A stretch of 60,175 nt of DNA, counting the filler, from Bipalium vagum (Eukaryota), in NCBI GenBank assembly GCA_037834085.1. It is 3 parts of 3 records of this genome, joined end to end, with 100 filler letters (N's around TTAATTAATTAA, not from the genome) between each part and the next. Parts side by side here need not be neighbours in the genome. Positions count along the whole stretch, not along the records: positions 43,266 to 60,175 come from JBBMKC010086822.1; 2 more parts are not named here. One strand, 5' to 3'. Shown here in pieces: positions 58,436 to 60,175 of this stretch. The notes beneath the pieces were generated by a model, which was not told where the DNA came from, did no database searches, and saw only the letters and a program-made list of their open reading frames with translations. Position numbers and translations under genes: made by a program. Every line of letters starts with the position of its first letter. Positions within the stretch are counted from its first letter, which is position 1.

Positions 58436-60175
58436 ATGCATAAAACATAAATATTTTAATTTAATTTGAAAACAAGTTCTTATATTGGTTTTTATTTTGA
58501 TCTGAAAATAAACATTAAAACAATATCATTAAATAATAATCATTTATGTTCAGTTTTCTTAGTTTGAAATCTTAGTATTTTATAAACTATGAAATTAAAA
58601 GTTGCTCTATTCCAAAAACGATTTTTTAATAGTTTTCCTAAAATATTATTTTAAAAGTATTTTTATTCACAATGAAAATTTATATATAATTTAGGAAAAT
58701 CCCAAATTAAAATATTCTAAACTCACTTTTTCAAATTATTATTCAATAAAGTTTTGAAGATTCACAGATTACTAGAATCCAATATTTAATTTTTTAATAA
58801 GTAATACATTATTCACTGACCAATATATATATTTTTATGAAGCAAAGACTAAATAAAATATTTTTCTGTTGATTTTAACACGTGACTCCAAGCTGGTTAA
58901 GAGATCAAGATTATCGAGCTGAAGAGACCAGGCGGACGTCTTGGCATCGCATGTTCTGGATAAAGTCATTTTAGTGCACAATTACTGTCCGAAAGAGAAT
59001 GACTGCATACCAAACATATAATCATCATCAGGTTGTTAGACTCAGTGTGTACGGGATTGTTATGAGGTCTACCTTTCTACCAGGTTTAAGAATTTTGTGT
59101 ACCATCTGTTGAATGATCTTTTCTCTGATCTACATGAATTTAATTAAAAATCTGTTTTAGATTCTATTTATGATTTCTTTAAAAATCTTATTGATGATTT
59201 CTTTCAGAATCATATCTAAGATTTTTTCATACAGTCTTGGTCTTTTAAGTCTAAAGCTACACACCCGAGATCCCATCGAAGTACAATTTCTGTATTATAA
59301 TTCCAGAAACTCCAAAACTGGATTCTCGGTTCGGAACGACTGAAGACCACCACCCAACCAAAAGTTTTTATGAAGCGGGTCGTATCGTAAAAAAATTATG
59401 GCTGGGTGCGATTATGAAAATAAAAACCACGAAAAGAATAATTAAAAATCAACTAAAAAATACTAAACAGTAATAAAAAAATTTTAAATATTCAAGAAAT
59501 CCAAACAAATATTCAAGCTTTTAAAAAAGCAGTTAGAGATTTACAATCACCTATTACAAATTTATTACATTAATTTTTATTATTCTAAAATATAAAAATA
59601 AATTATTCGCATTTTTTTAATAAAAATCTACATATATTTTCATTTATTTTCTCTCTTGGAAATGGTTTTTTCGTTTCTGTAATTATATTTTTATCAAGAA
59701 TTATTTCTATCATTTTATTGAAGATAAGACTAAACAAGACGATCTTGTCTTAAAATAAGACTAAAATTACAAAACTACAAAAATTGTAAAATTATGAAAA
59801 AATATGAAAAATATAAAAAATATGAAAAATTAGGAAAATTGTAAAAATTTTCATGTAAAAGCCTTGTTAGTCTCACTTTCTTTTTATATTATGAATCTTT
59901 TTATATGTAATTTTATATAATATAAAAATAATAGTATTTAAATTATAAATTTGTTTTTAATTAAAATAAATTGTAAAGAAATTAATGGCGGTTTATGAAA
60001 CTTAAATTTTGCAGTATAAATTAATAAATGAAAATTTGTTTTCATATTGAAGCGTAAATTTTAAAAAAGGTATTTCAACAAAAAAATATAATAAATAGTT
60101 AATATCTATAATTTTGTAGGCATTTGAATAATGATTGACGACTCCCAAATTAGAGCAGTTTTCTTATATGAATTC

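Overview
Very AT-rich eukaryotic (invertebrate animal) genomic DNA in three pieces joined by two synthetic 100-bp spacers (44N-TTAATTAATTAA-44N). It ends on an EcoRI site, so it may be a clone insert whose pieces are not truly adjacent. Piece 1 (1-25365) holds a spliced CDKL2-like kinase gene on the minus strand (five kinase exons of 168/195/179/113/140 nt, a sixth exon closing the kinase domain, and a low-complexity tail). It also holds an internally deleted RLE-type non-LTR retrotransposon (NeSL/R5/Utopia-like) and three LTR-like segments sharing a 39-bp palindrome. Pieces 2 and 3 each hold part of an Ihog/BOC/CDON-like Ig-domain gene; the two are convergent paralogues with matching exon structure, and neither shows its FN3/TM exons here. 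Introns are bimodal: 43-55 nt, or hundreds to thousands of nt, the largest holding decayed Tc1/mariner elements (DD34D mariners, rosa DD41D/DD42D, DD35E Tc1-like, a MITE). The AT content, mini-introns and NeSL-clade elements fit a flatworm such as a planarian, but taxonomy cannot be fixed from the sequence. All translations and family calls were made by eye with no database search. No complete novel system is demonstrated; the best leads are the conserved 39-bp palindrome family and the Ihog-like paralogue pair.
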